Made by a program: the position numbers and the translations under genes. From the NCBI GenBank assembly GCA_963719355.1, contig CAVRBZ010000008.1, positions 408,710 through 472,709 of the forward strand: a stretch of 64,000 nucleotides of DNA, read 5' to 3'. Source of the stretch: an uncultured Solirubrobacterales bacterium. Its GTDB lineage: Bacteria > Actinomycetota > Thermoleophilia > Solirubrobacterales > Solirubrobacteraceae. Shown here one piece after another: positions 1 to 8,715 of the stretch. The notes under the pieces are model-generated. The model was given only the letters and a program-made list of their open reading frames with translations. It ran no database searches and was not told the origin of the DNA. The stretch's first letter is position 1; each line of letters starts with the position of its first letter.

Positions 1-25
1 GTCTGCCAAGTCGTGGACACGCGTC

Positions 26-235
26 CTAACCCGGCGACAGGTTCGGCATGCTGGGATCGATCGGGTCCTGGGCCGACGGGTTGACGCCCGTCGAGCGCAC
101 GGCCGTCGATGTCCCGTCGGGCTTGTGCCCGGCCATCTTCGCGTAGTTGCCCTTGGCATTTCCCTTATTGATTCCGGGCGTGTGCGCCGGCAGGTCCGGG
201 CTCACCTGCGGCTTGCCGAGCTTGATGCGTGGCAC
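26..235 (-). CDS. Small (69 aa) Pro/Gly-rich hypothetical protein at the distal end of the hydrogenase operon
   Basis: GTG at 235 is preceded by GAGAGGAG SD and gives VPRIKLGKPQ...RSTGVNPSAQDPIDPSMPNLSPG. It is the C-terminal part of track ORF 26..811. Confidence 0.6.
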   Translation of the reverse strand: MPRIKLGKPQVSPDLPAHTPGINKGNAKGNYAKMAGHKPDGTSTAVRSTGVNPSAQDPIDPSMPNLSPG

Positions 236-918
236 TTCGTCTCCTCTCTGTCCGTGTCCGGCGGCTGGGGCCGCGCCTCGCGGTCGAGCTCGTCGAAGAA
301 GCGCCCGATTCTGAGCCACACCTCCTTGCCGCCGCTGAAGCCTCGCCAGAGCGTCCTGATCAGGGCGACCAGCCGGTAGCAGTCGTCGACCGGGACCAGC
401 CACTGGCGGTTCGCTCCGCGGGCGCGGTCGACGAGCAGCGCCTCGACATCGGGCTGCATCGTCCTGAGCACCGGGTTGGATCGCTCCAGCTCCTCCCAGT
501 TCGATAGCTCGAGCAGCGACTCGGTGGCGCCCATGGGCCCGGGATAGAACGCCATGACGCGGCCTGCCCGCGAGCTGCGAAAGAAGAACGCGATGTCGAC
601 CGGGATCCTCAGCTGCTCCCACGCCGAGCTGGTCAGCGCAAAGCGGTCGAGCCGCAGGCGCCGATCGGGCACCAGGCGCAGGTGCCCGCCGCCGGCGCCG
701 CGCCGATCGAACAGCAACGAGCAGGGCTGGCAGGCGCAGAGCATCCGCTGCGATTCGAGGTCGACCAGGTGGCGATGAGCCTCCGGTACGGGTGCCCCGC
801 ACAGGTCGCAATGCTCCTGCGGCTCGGCCACCGCCTCGATCCGGCGCGCGGCCAACGCCCGCAGGCGCGGTGAGGCCAGGCCCGTGGCTCCAGGACTAGA
901 CGGCGACCGGGACGGCAA
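202..918 (-). CDS. DUF5947-like hydrogenase-associated protein
   Basis: CDLCG..HRHLVD..MLCACQPC and W..LRIPVDIAFFF..AFYPGPMGATES motifs, typical of the protein found after NifU in group 1h operons. Confidence 0.75.
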   Translation of the reverse strand: MPSRSPSSPGATGLASPRLRALAARRIEAVAEPQEHCDLCGAPVPEAHRHLVDLESQRMLCACQPCSLLFDRRGAGGGHLRLVPDRRLRLDRFALTSSAWEQLRIPVDIAFFFRSSRAGRVMAFYPGPMGATESLLELSNWEELERSNPVLRTMQPDVEALLVDRARGANRQWLVPVDDCYRLVALIRTLWRGFSGGKEVWLRIGRFFDELDREARPQPPDTDREETKCHASSSASRR

Positions 919-1762
919 CTCTCACCAGTCCGTCGTCTCCCTCGAGCAGCGGCACCGGCTCGAGGTGGAGCTGGGGCCGGTCGATGCCCCGTCCCGCGCG
1001 CAGTGCGTCGTAGCGCTGCCCGCAACCGGCGCAGGTCAGCTCCGTCTCCCGGAGCGCCGCGTCGTGAAGCGAATGCGCGCAGGCTGGGCAGCTCGGCACA
1101 TATGCGTAGGCTCGCCCGCCGATCTTGAGGAAGAGCAGCGGCGTCCCGCCGATTTCCTTGACCAGGACGCCCCGCGAGGCCAGCTCGGGCAGCCCGCCCG
1201 CCATCTCCCACGAACCCTCGATAGCGGGCGCCGGCGCGGGCGCGGCGAGCTCGATCTGAATGAGCGGCGTCGCGTCCCGTTCCGGCTCCTCGGCGATCAC
1301 CTCCTCGATCTCCGGCGCGCTCTTGCCGATCGCGCTCTCGATCGCGAGCTTGAGCGTGACGCTCGAGGACGGGCACCCGCTGCAGCTCCCCTGTAGCCGC
1401 AGGCGCACTGCCGTCCCGTCGATCCCCAGGAGCTCCACGCTGCCGCCGTGCGACTCAAGGTACGGCCTGACCGAATCGAGCGCTTCCCGCACGCGATCCT
1501 CGAGCGGCCTGGGATGCAGCCCGTGGATCAGGAGCAGGTGCGCGACCAGCTCGTCGTCGGCCAGTGCCCCGGCAATCTCGCCTTCTCGATCGCGAGCGGC
1601 GATCTCCTCGGCGATCCGCGCGAGCCCTGCCCCGTAGAGCTCGAGCAGGCCCTGCACGACCGCGGCTGCGGTCTGGCGGGCGAACGGATCGGGCAGCCCC
1701 TCGAGGTCCTCGAGAAGCCTCTCCACGTCCGCCACGAGCTGGCGGGGCTCCGCGCCGACCAC
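896..1762 (-). CDS. NifU-domain protein with C-terminal Rieske-like domain (hydrogenase accessory)
   Basis: LLIHGLHP..VRPYLESHGG..LQGSCSGCPSS NifU motif, followed by CPAC..CAGC. GTG at 1762 lies just after the hhyL stop. Confidence 0.85.
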   Translation of the reverse strand: MVGAEPRQLVADVERLLEDLEGLPDPFARQTAAAVVQGLLELYGAGLARIAEEIAARDREGEIAGALADDELVAHLLLIHGLHPRPLEDRVREALDSVRPYLESHGGSVELLGIDGTAVRLRLQGSCSGCPSSSVTLKLAIESAIGKSAPEIEEVIAEEPERDATPLIQIELAAPAPAPAIEGSWEMAGGLPELASRGVLVKEIGGTPLLFLKIGGRAYAYVPSCPACAHSLHDAALRETELTCAGCGQRYDALRAGRGIDRPQLHLEPVPLLEGDDGLVRVAVPVAV

Positions 1763-1767
1763 GGATC

Positions 1768-3561
1768 TCAGCCCTGGCTGTGCTCGCCGAACATCGGCGA
1801 GTGCACCGTCCGCAGCGTCTTGCCCTTGCCCAGGTACATGTGCACACCGCACGGCAGGCACGGGTCGAACGACCGGACCGCCCGCATGATGTCGATCCCG
1901 CGGAAGCTGTCCTGGTCGTTCTCCTCGAAGATCGGCTGCCCCATGACCGCGTCCTCGTAGGGACCGGGCGTCCCGAACGAGTCGGTCGGGCTCCCGTTCC
2001 ACGGCGTGGGCGGGTAGGGGTGGTAGTTGGCGATCTTGCCGTCCCGGATCACCAGGTGGTGCGAGAGGACGCCGCGCACGGCCTCGTGGAAACCACACCC
2101 GATCGCCTCGTCGGGGACGTCGAAGTCCTCGAACACCTTGGTGCGACCGGCGCGGAGCTCGGTCATCGCCCGGTCGAGGAAGTAGAGCGCCATCGCCGCC
2201 GAGTAGGCCACGAAGTAGATCCGGGCGCGGTCGCGCTCGATCGCGTTGGACCACTGGGGGATCTTCCATTCGAGCGTCTGCTCGGCCGTGTTCGGCGTCT
2301 TGGGCAGATTGATCAGCACGCTTTGCCCGGTGGCCTGCACATACGGGGTCTTCACCTTGTTCGCCAGGGCCGTCACCCACAGCCGCGCCAGCGCGCCACC
2401 GCCCGTGTCGAGCGCCAGGTGCTGCTCGGTCCGCTTGTCGTACCACCGTGGGCTCATCACCCACGAGTAGTTGCCGCCTTCGAGATCGCGCTTCTGCGGC
2501 CTGGGGATCGTGGTCTGGTTCCAGGGATGGCGTTTGTCGACCGGGTTGCCGAGCGGATCCTGTGGGACGAACGTCTCCTCGTTCACCCAATCCTCGTAGT
2601 AGGAGGAGCCGAGCAGGATCCGGATGCCCAGGTTGATGTCGACCAGGTTCGTCGTCACCAGTTCGCCGTCGACCACCACGCCCGGCGTGACGAACATCTC
2701 GTTGCCCCAGTTATCCATGTTCCGGTAGTCGTAGTCGACGTGGTCGGGGTTGTTCCACGCCCCCCAGCAGCCCAGGAGGATTCGGCGCCGTCCCACTTCT
2801 TCGTAGCCGGGCAGGGCCTCGTAGAAGAAATCGAATACGTCGTCGTTCATCGCCACGGCCTTCTTGATGAAGTCCAGGCAGCGCAGCAGCCGGCTCAGGT
2901 AGTCGGTGAACAACGTCGGCGTGGCCACCGTGCCGACCCCGCCGGGATAGACCGTCGAGGGGTGCACGTGGCGTCCCTCCATCAGGCAGATCATCTCCCG
3001 CCCGATCCGGCTCATGAGCAACGCTTCCTTGTACGTCTCGCCGGTGAACGGGTTGTAGGAGCGCATGATGTCGGCGATCGTCCGGCAGCCGTGCAGGTCT
3101 GAGTGGCGTGCCTCGGTCTTCTCCGCGCGGGCCAGGAGGCTCGGGTTCGTCTCGCGCACCATCTGCTCGCAGAAGTCGACGAACACCAGGTTGTCCTGGA
3201 AGATGATGTGGTCGAAGATGTACTCGGCCGCCTCGCCGAGGTTGACGATCCACTCGCCGAGCGGCGGCGGCTTGACGCCGTAGGCCATCTGCTGGGCGTA
3301 GCAGGAGCAGACCGCGTGGTTGTCGCCGCAGATGCCGCAGATGCGGCTGGTGATGAAGTGCGCATCCCGCGGGTCCTTGCCCTTCATGAACACGCTGTAG
3401 CCGCGGAACAGCGAGGAGGTGCTCTTGCAAGAGACAACCTCGCGGTTGTCGAAGTCGATCTTGGTGTAGATGCCGAGGTTGCCGACGATCCTGGTGATCG
3501 GATCCCAGGACATATCCACGAGCCGACCCGCCTCCGGCCTCACGCTCTCCCGTACCGCCAT
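1768..3561 (-). CDS. hhyL: Group 1h [NiFe]-hydrogenase large subunit
   Basis: L1 motif TSRICGICGDNH and L2 motif SFDPCLPCGVH, the group 1h (group 5) signature. Confidence 0.95.
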   Translation of the reverse strand: MAVRESVRPEAGRLVDMSWDPITRIVGNLGIYTKIDFDNREVVSCKSTSSLFRGYSVFMKGKDPRDAHFITSRICGICGDNHAVCSCYAQQMAYGVKPPPLGEWIVNLGEAAEYIFDHIIFQDNLVFVDFCEQMVRETNPSLLARAEKTEARHSDLHGCRTIADIMRSYNPFTGETYKEALLMSRIGREMICLMEGRHVHPSTVYPGGVGTVATPTLFTDYLSRLLRCLDFIKKAVAMNDDVFDFFYEALPGYEEVGRRRILLGCWGAWNNPDHVDYDYRNMDNWGNEMFVTPGVVVDGELVTTNLVDINLGIRILLGSSYYEDWVNEETFVPQDPLGNPVDKRHPWNQTTIPRPQKRDLEGGNYSWVMSPRWYDKRTEQHLALDTGGGALARLWVTALANKVKTPYVQATGQSVLINLPKTPNTAEQTLEWKIPQWSNAIERDRARIYFVAYSAAMALYFLDRAMTELRAGRTKVFEDFDVPDEAIGCGFHEAVRGVLSHHLVIRDGKIANYHPYPPTPWNGSPTDSFGTPGPYEDAVMGQPIFEENDQDSFRGIDIMRAVRSFDPCLPCGVHMYLGKGKTLRTVHSPMFGEHSQG

Positions 3562-3609
3562 CTCGTTCTCCCTTCGCTGCTCTGTCTAAGGTCTCTCAAG
3601 CGCCCTGCG

Positions 3610-4662
3610 CTACGCGCGCCAGCGGGGGTCGTAACCGGTGGTGAGCTCCGGCTTGTTGTGGCGCCACTTGGGCTCCTTGTTCATCGTCTTGTTGGTGATC
3701 CCGCGCAGCTTGCGAATCATCGGCCCGTAGGTCCCGGTCAGGGCCGAGGACAGCCCTCCGCCCGGAGGCGCGTCCATGAACGGCATGAACTTGTCCGGGA
3801 AGCCCGGCATCGTGCACCCGATGCAGATCCCGCCCACGTTGGGACACCCGCCGATGCCGGCCATCCAGCCGCGCTTGGGGACGTTGCAGTTGACCACCGG
3901 GCCCCAGCACCCGATCTTGACCTGGCACTTGGGCGAGTTGTAGTCCTTGGCGAAGTCGCCCTGCTCGTAGTAGCCCGCGCGGTCGCAGCCCTCGTGCACG
4001 GTCTTGCCGAAGATCCACTGGGGGCGGAGCGCCTCGTCGAGCGGGATGGTCGGCGCGAGACCCGCCGCCTGATAGAGGAGCCAGACCAGGGTCTCCATGA
4101 AGTTCTCGGGCTGCACCGGACATCCGGGCACGTTGACGATCGGCAGCCCGCCCGCCGAGCGGAAGTCCCAGCCCAGGTAGTCGGCCAGGCCCATGCAGCC
4201 GGTGGGGTTGCCGGCCATGGCGTGGATGCCGCCGTAGGTGGCGCACGTGCCGACCGCCACCACGCCCCAGGCCTTCGGGGCCAGCTGGTCGAGCCACCAG
4301 TTCAGGGTGAGCGGCTCGCCGGTCGCCTCGTCGTTGCCGAACGAGGTCCAGTAGCCCTCGCCGTTGATCTGCTCGTTGGGGATCGAGCCCTCGATCACGA
4401 GCACGAACGGAGCGTCGAGTTCTCCGCGCGCGGCGGACCGGAACGGCGCCAGGAACTCCTCGCCGCCGAGGGTCGGAGAGAGCACCTTGTTGTGCAGGTG
4501 GACCTTGGGCAGACCGGGGATCGCGCCGAGCACGACGTCCTCGATCGCGGGCTGACCGGCCGCGGTGATCGAGACGGAGTCGCCGTCACAGCTCATCCCC
4601 TCCGAGATCCACAGGATGTGGACCTCCTCCACGCCCGAAGCCTGCTGCTGCTCAACCGCCAT
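3610..4662 (-). CDS. hhyS: Group 1h [NiFe]-hydrogenase small subunit
   Basis: SCDGDS, GTCATYGGI, VPGCP, VHEGCDRAGYY, CWGP and CPNVGGICIGCT Fe-S motifs. No Tat signal. Confidence 0.93.
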   Translation of the reverse strand: MAVEQQQASGVEEVHILWISEGMSCDGDSVSITAAGQPAIEDVVLGAIPGLPKVHLHNKVLSPTLGGEEFLAPFRSAARGELDAPFVLVIEGSIPNEQINGEGYWTSFGNDEATGEPLTLNWWLDQLAPKAWGVVAVGTCATYGGIHAMAGNPTGCMGLADYLGWDFRSAGGLPIVNVPGCPVQPENFMETLVWLLYQAAGLAPTIPLDEALRPQWIFGKTVHEGCDRAGYYEQGDFAKDYNSPKCQVKIGCWGPVVNCNVPKRGWMAGIGGCPNVGGICIGCTMPGFPDKFMPFMDAPPGGGLSSALTGTYGPMIRKLRGITNKTMNKEPKWRHNKPELTTGYDPRWRA

Positions 4663-5026
4663 GTGCCATCCCTCCGATCGTCATTTCAGCCCTCTCCTCC
4701 AGCTCGAGCGCGTCGACCTCGAGCTCCTCGCCGGCCACGAGCGCCAGGTCAACTCCGCCGCAGGCGGCGCAGCGCAGGGGGAACTCCCGCATCGTCGTCT
4801 CGGCCCCGCAGGCGCGGCAGTGTCCGCGAGCCGGGACGTCCTCGATCACCAGCTCGGCCCCCTCGAGTGCGGTGCCGTCCGTGAGCAGCTCGAAGGCGAA
4901 CTCGAGCGCACTCGGCACCACCTGCCGCAGGTGGCCGACCTTGAGCTCCACCCGGTAGACCCTCCGCCCTCGGGCGTGCCGGGAGGCGACCGCCACGATT
5001 GACTCGGCTATCGAAAGCTCGTGCAC
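4652..5026 (-). CDS. hypA: Hydrogenase nickel chaperone HypA
   Basis: GTG start gives (M)HELSIAESI. Contains CRAC and CAAC zinc motifs. Confidence 0.92.
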   Translation of the reverse strand: MHELSIAESIVAVASRHARGRRVYRVELKVGHLRQVVPSALEFAFELLTDGTALEGAELVIEDVPARGHCRACGAETTMREFPLRCAACGGVDLALVAGEELEVDALELEERAEMTIGGMAHGG

Positions 5027-5034
5027 TCCACGCC

Positions 5035-6129
5035 TCAGCAGATCCTCGGCAGGGGGTCGCCGACCAACTGGTCCATCACACGCCGGCCGCCGAACCCGGT
5101 CTGGACCAGCACCATGCCCGGCGGCTCGCTGTGCACTTCGCCGATGTCGGCCGCGTCTTCGCAACCGGGCACGGAGCTCAGCGCCGCGAGCGCCTCCTCA
5201 GCGCGCTGCGCGGAGACGAAAGCTACGAGCCTGCCCTCGTTGGCCACGTACATCGGGTCGATGCCCAGGATCTCGGCCGCGCCGGCCACGGCCGCGTCGA
5301 CGGGCACCGCGGCCTCTCGCACGAGCATCGAGACCGAGGAGGCGCGGGCGAGCTCGTTGAGCACCGAGGCCACGCCCCCGCGCGTGGCATCGCGCAGGCA
5401 GTGCAGGTGCGCCCCGGCGCTGCCGAGCAGCGCGTCGACCGCCGGCCACAGCGAGCACGTGTCCGACTCGATCTGGGCGTCGAGGTCGAACTCGTTGCGG
5501 GCCAGCATGATCGCCGTGCCGTGCTCGCCGACCGCGCCTGATAACAGGACGTGATCGCCGGGGGTCAGCGAGGCGGGCGACAGCTTCGCCCTCGGGTCGA
5601 GCCGGCCCACGCCGGCGGTGCAGATGTACATCCCGTCCGCGTGCCCGCGCTCGACCACCTTGGTGTCGCCGGCCACGATCTCGACGTCGGCCTCGGCTGC
5701 CGCGGCGGCGATCGCCTCGACCTCGTGGCGCAGCACATCGGCTTCGAGCCCCTCCTCGAGGATCAGCGCCAGGCTGAGCGCGAGCGCGCGGGCGCCGGAC
5801 ACGGCCAGGTCGTTGACCGTCCCGTTGACGGCCAGCTCCCCGATCGACCCGCCCGGGAAGCGCAGCGGCTTGACGACATAGGAATCGGTGGTGAAGGCCA
5901 GCCCGATCCCGGCCATCTCGAGCGTCGCGGCATCGCCCATTTCCGCGAGCGCGTCGCCGCCCAGCGCCGGCAGGAACATTCCTTCGATCAGGCTCTGGGT
6001 GGCCTTGCCGCCCGCGCCGTGGGCCATGTTGATGTGCTGGTCGCGGAACTTGGAGCGCTTGCCGCGCGCGGTCTCGATGATCCCGAGGATCTTCTGCTCG
6101 CGCTCGGAGATCGCGGCGGGCTGCGCCAT
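5035..6129 (-). CDS. hypE: Hydrogenase maturation protein HypE
   Basis: MAHGAGGK, FTTDSYVV, GTVNDLA, RDATRGG and C-terminal LPRIC. ATG overlaps the hypD stop (TGATG). Confidence 0.95.
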   Translation of the reverse strand: MAQPAAISEREQKILGIIETARGKRSKFRDQHINMAHGAGGKATQSLIEGMFLPALGGDALAEMGDAATLEMAGIGLAFTTDSYVVKPLRFPGGSIGELAVNGTVNDLAVSGARALALSLALILEEGLEADVLRHEVEAIAAAAAEADVEIVAGDTKVVERGHADGMYICTAGVGRLDPRAKLSPASLTPGDHVLLSGAVGEHGTAIMLARNEFDLDAQIESDTCSLWPAVDALLGSAGAHLHCLRDATRGGVASVLNELARASSVSMLVREAAVPVDAAVAGAAEILGIDPMYVANEGRLVAFVSAQRAEEALAALSSVPGCEDAADIGEVHSEPPGMVLVQTGFGGRRVMDQLVGDPLPRIC

Positions 6130-7244
6130 CACACGACCTCCCTTTCCCGGGCGAACCTCCCGAAGTTGTAGTACGCGGCGCAGGCGCCCTCCGAGGACAC
6201 CATGCAGGTGCCGATCGGCCGCTCGGGCGTGCACGCGGTGCCGAAGACCTTGCACTCCCACGGCTTGATCACGCCCTTGAGCACCTCGCCGCACTGGCAC
6301 GCCTTCGGGTCGGCCACGCGGAGTCCCGGCACGGCAAACCGCTGCTCGGCGTCGAGGTCGGCGTACGCCTCGGACAGCTTTAGTCCGCTGTGCGAGATGA
6401 ACCCGAGTCCGCGCCACTCGAAGTGCGGGCGAAGCTCGAACACCTCGGCCATGACGCTGAGTGCGCGCAGGTTGCCCTCGTAAGGCACGACCCGCGTGTA
6501 CTGGTTCTCGACCTCGCAGCGGCCCGTCTCGAGCTGGCGCAGGATCATCGAGATCGCCTGCAGGATGTCGAGCGGCTCGAAGCCGGCGATCACCACCGGC
6601 TTGCCGTAGTCGGCCGGGATGAACTCGAAGGGACGGGCGCCCACGATCGTCGAGACGTGCCCGGGCCCGATGAACCCGTCGAGGCGCAGATCGGGCGACT
6701 CGAGCAGCGCTCGCAGGGGCGGCACGATCGTCACATGACTGCACATGCAGGAGAAGTTCGTGACTCGTTCCGCGCGGGCCCGTTTGAGCGTCAACGCCGT
6801 GGACGGCGCCGTGGTCTCAAACCCGATTGCGAAGAAGACGACTTGGCGGTCGGGGTTCTGCTTGGCGATCCGCAGCGCGTCGAGCGGCGAGTACACCATC
6901 CGGACGTCCGCGCCCGCCGCCTTGGCGTCGAGCAGGCTGCCGTCCGCCCCCGGCACGCGCAGCATGTCGCCGAAGCAGGTGAAGATGACGCCATCCTGGT
7001 GGGCCAGCGCGATGCCGTCGTCGACGCGGCCCATGGGGATCACGCACACCGGGCAGCCCGGCCCGTGCACGAGCTCGACGTTGGCCGGCAGCAGGTCGTC
7101 GATCCCGTACTTGTAGATCGAGTGCGTGTGGCCCCCGCAGACCTCCATGAACTTGTAGTGGCGGCCTGGCTCGACGGCGGCCAGAATCTCCCCGGCGACG
7201 ACACGGCCGAGCTCGGCGTCGCGGAACTCGTCGACGAACTTCAT
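6129..7244 (-). CDS. hypD: Hydrogenase maturation protein HypD
   Basis: MEVCGGHTH, GPGCPVC, GFETTAP, PGHVS and CMVSSEGACAAYY motifs. Confidence 0.96.
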   Translation of the reverse strand: MKFVDEFRDAELGRVVAGEILAAVEPGRHYKFMEVCGGHTHSIYKYGIDDLLPANVELVHGPGCPVCVIPMGRVDDGIALAHQDGVIFTCFGDMLRVPGADGSLLDAKAAGADVRMVYSPLDALRIAKQNPDRQVVFFAIGFETTAPSTALTLKRARAERVTNFSCMCSHVTIVPPLRALLESPDLRLDGFIGPGHVSTIVGARPFEFIPADYGKPVVIAGFEPLDILQAISMILRQLETGRCEVENQYTRVVPYEGNLRALSVMAEVFELRPHFEWRGLGFISHSGLKLSEAYADLDAEQRFAVPGLRVADPKACQCGEVLKGVIKPWECKVFGTACTPERPIGTCMVSSEGACAAYYNFGRFAREREVV

Positions 7245-7465
7245 GGCCGCTGCACCTTTGCCGCCGCGGCGATCGCCGTCCCGGCGTGGACGAGCAGCTC
7301 GTCGCCGTCCGCGACCGGCTCCACCAGGGCGATCTCCACGCTGGACCGGGCCCCGCTGCGGTCGATGCAGAGCGCGAGCCCCCGGGTCGCGTCCACGCGC
7401 AGCACGGTCATCGAGACGGCCTCGTCGGCACACGTAACACAGTGGCCGCCGTCGCACACGCTCAC
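7241..7465 (-). CDS. Second HypC/HybG/HupF-family chaperone (atypical N-terminus)
   Basis: HCVTCADEA N-terminus and GDELLVHAGTAI, resembling HypC GDWVLIHVGFAI. Overlaps both neighbours. Confidence 0.75.
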   Translation of the reverse strand: MSVCDGGHCVTCADEAVSMTVLRVDATRGLALCIDRSGARSSVEIALVEPVADGDELLVHAGTAIAAAAKVQRP

Positions 7466-7740
7466 TCGATCACGCTCGCCTTCAGCTCTTCCAGCTCCTG
7501 TTCGTACTCCCGGCCCATCCCCTCGAGCAGCTCTCGCGTTGCCCGCGCCTCATCCTCGTCCACGCGGGAGATGGCGAACCCGACGTGGATCAGGACCCAG
7601 TCGCCGGGGCCGACGCCATCGTCATCGCCCACGAGCAGGCCGACGTTGACGTTGCGCCGAACTCCTGCCACCTCGACCCGGGCGATGTAATTCGCCGCGT
7701 CGACTATCTCGATCACCTGGCCGGGGATCGCCAAGCACAC
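7462..7740 (-). CDS. hypC: Hydrogenase chaperone HypC
   Basis: MCLAIPG N-terminus, GDWVLIHVGFAI, and a GAGAGGAG SD. Confidence 0.95.
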   Translation of the reverse strand: MCLAIPGQVIEIVDAANYIARVEVAGVRRNVNVGLLVGDDDGVGPGDWVLIHVGFAISRVDEDEARATRELLEGMGREYEQELEELKASVIE

Positions 7741-7812
7741 CTGGTCTGTCTCCTCTCTCGCTCCGGCCCGGATCGCGGTATATCAGCGGTCGGAGCGCCG
7801 CGCCGAATGGTG

Positions 7813-7841
7813 GTAATTCAGCTGACCGTAAGCTGAATTAC
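7813..7841. promoter_or_regulatory. Perfect inverted repeat (11-7-11), probable transcription-factor operator
   Basis: GTAATTCAGCT-gaccgta-AGCTGAATTAC, AT-rich, in the divergent hypC / Crp intergenic region. Confidence 0.65.
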
Positions 7842-7860
7842 GCCGCTCTTTGTAGATAGG

Positions 7861-8715
7861 GTGCGGGAGGTGAGCTTTGGCGAGGCTCGATCGGCCCGGG
7901 AATCGAACGGGTTGCCGGGGCACTCCGTCTCGTTTCGCTGTCTGCTCGATCTGGACGGCGACCTGGCCGATGAGCTAGACGTCGAATCGCGCCGGCTGGC
8001 CAGGGCGGCGGCCACGGCTTTGACCTTCGAGGCCGACCCCGGGCCGGTGTCACTGGCCGACTGGCTCGATCACGTGCGAGACGGACCGGGCGTGCTGGTC
8101 ATCGACGGCGTGCTCGCGCTGAGCTCGCGCGTGGGTGATCGCGTCGCCACCGAGCTGGTCGGCGCCGGCGACCTGCTTCAGCCGCTGTGGGGCGATACGG
8201 AGCACCTGCTCGCGTGCGAGGTCACCTGGCGCGCGCTTCTGCCTATGCACCTCGCGCTGCTCGATACCGCGTTCGTCAAGCGCGTGCGCTTCTGGCCGCA
8301 GATCGGGCAGGCGCTCCTCCGGCGCGCCGGCCGGCGCGCGATCAACCTGGACGTCCAGCGGGCGATCGCCGCCCAGCCGCGCCTCGAAGTCCGCCTCGCC
8401 CTGCTGCTCTGGCACCTGGCGGGTCGGTGGGGAAAGGTCGAGCCCGGCGGCGTCCGCCTCCCCATCCCGCTGACCCATCAGCTGCTCGGCCAGCTGATCG
8501 CCGCCGAACGCCCCTCGGTGTCCCATGCGCTGGCTCGTCTGGCCGAGGGCGGCTTCGTCACCGGCCAGGGCGACGAGTGGCACCTGCGGGGGAGCGTCGA
8601 GCACAGTCTGCCCTCGATGATCGATCCGGTGGTGGGGAGAGCCGATCGCATCGTCGCCACGGTGGGCGCTCGGAGCGCCCGCCGCGCGGTCTGCGAACCG
8701 CATCAGCTTCGATGA
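7861..8715 (+). CDS. Crp/Fnr family transcriptional regulator
   Basis: ELVGAGDLL sensory-barrel motif and C-terminal HTH LTHQLLGQLIAAERPSVSHALARL. Start uncertain. Confidence 0.85.
   Translation: MREVSFGEARSARESNGLPGHSVSFRCLLDLDGDLADELDVESRRLARAAATALTFEADPGPVSLADWLDHVRDGPGVLVIDGVLALSSRVGDRVATELVGAGDLLQPLWGDTEHLLACEVTWRALLPMHLALLDTAFVKRVRFWPQIGQALLRRAGRRAINLDVQRAIAAQPRLEVRLALLLWHLAGRWGKVEPGGVRLPIPLTHQLLGQLIAAERPSVSHALARLAEGGFVTGQGDEWHLRGSVEHSLPSMIDPVVGRADRIVATVGARSARRAVCEPHQLR

Noticed and set aside
1-20. Possible GTG start of the next hydrogenase-operon gene
   Set aside because: Only about six codons lie in the window, so it cannot be supported.
1564-4884. Long plus-strand ORFs (1564..3102, 3103..4884) and many similar ones, e.g. 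24030..25787, 43662..45197, 48188..49906
   Set aside because: Antisense shadows of well-supported genes, expected at high GC. No recognisable motifs.
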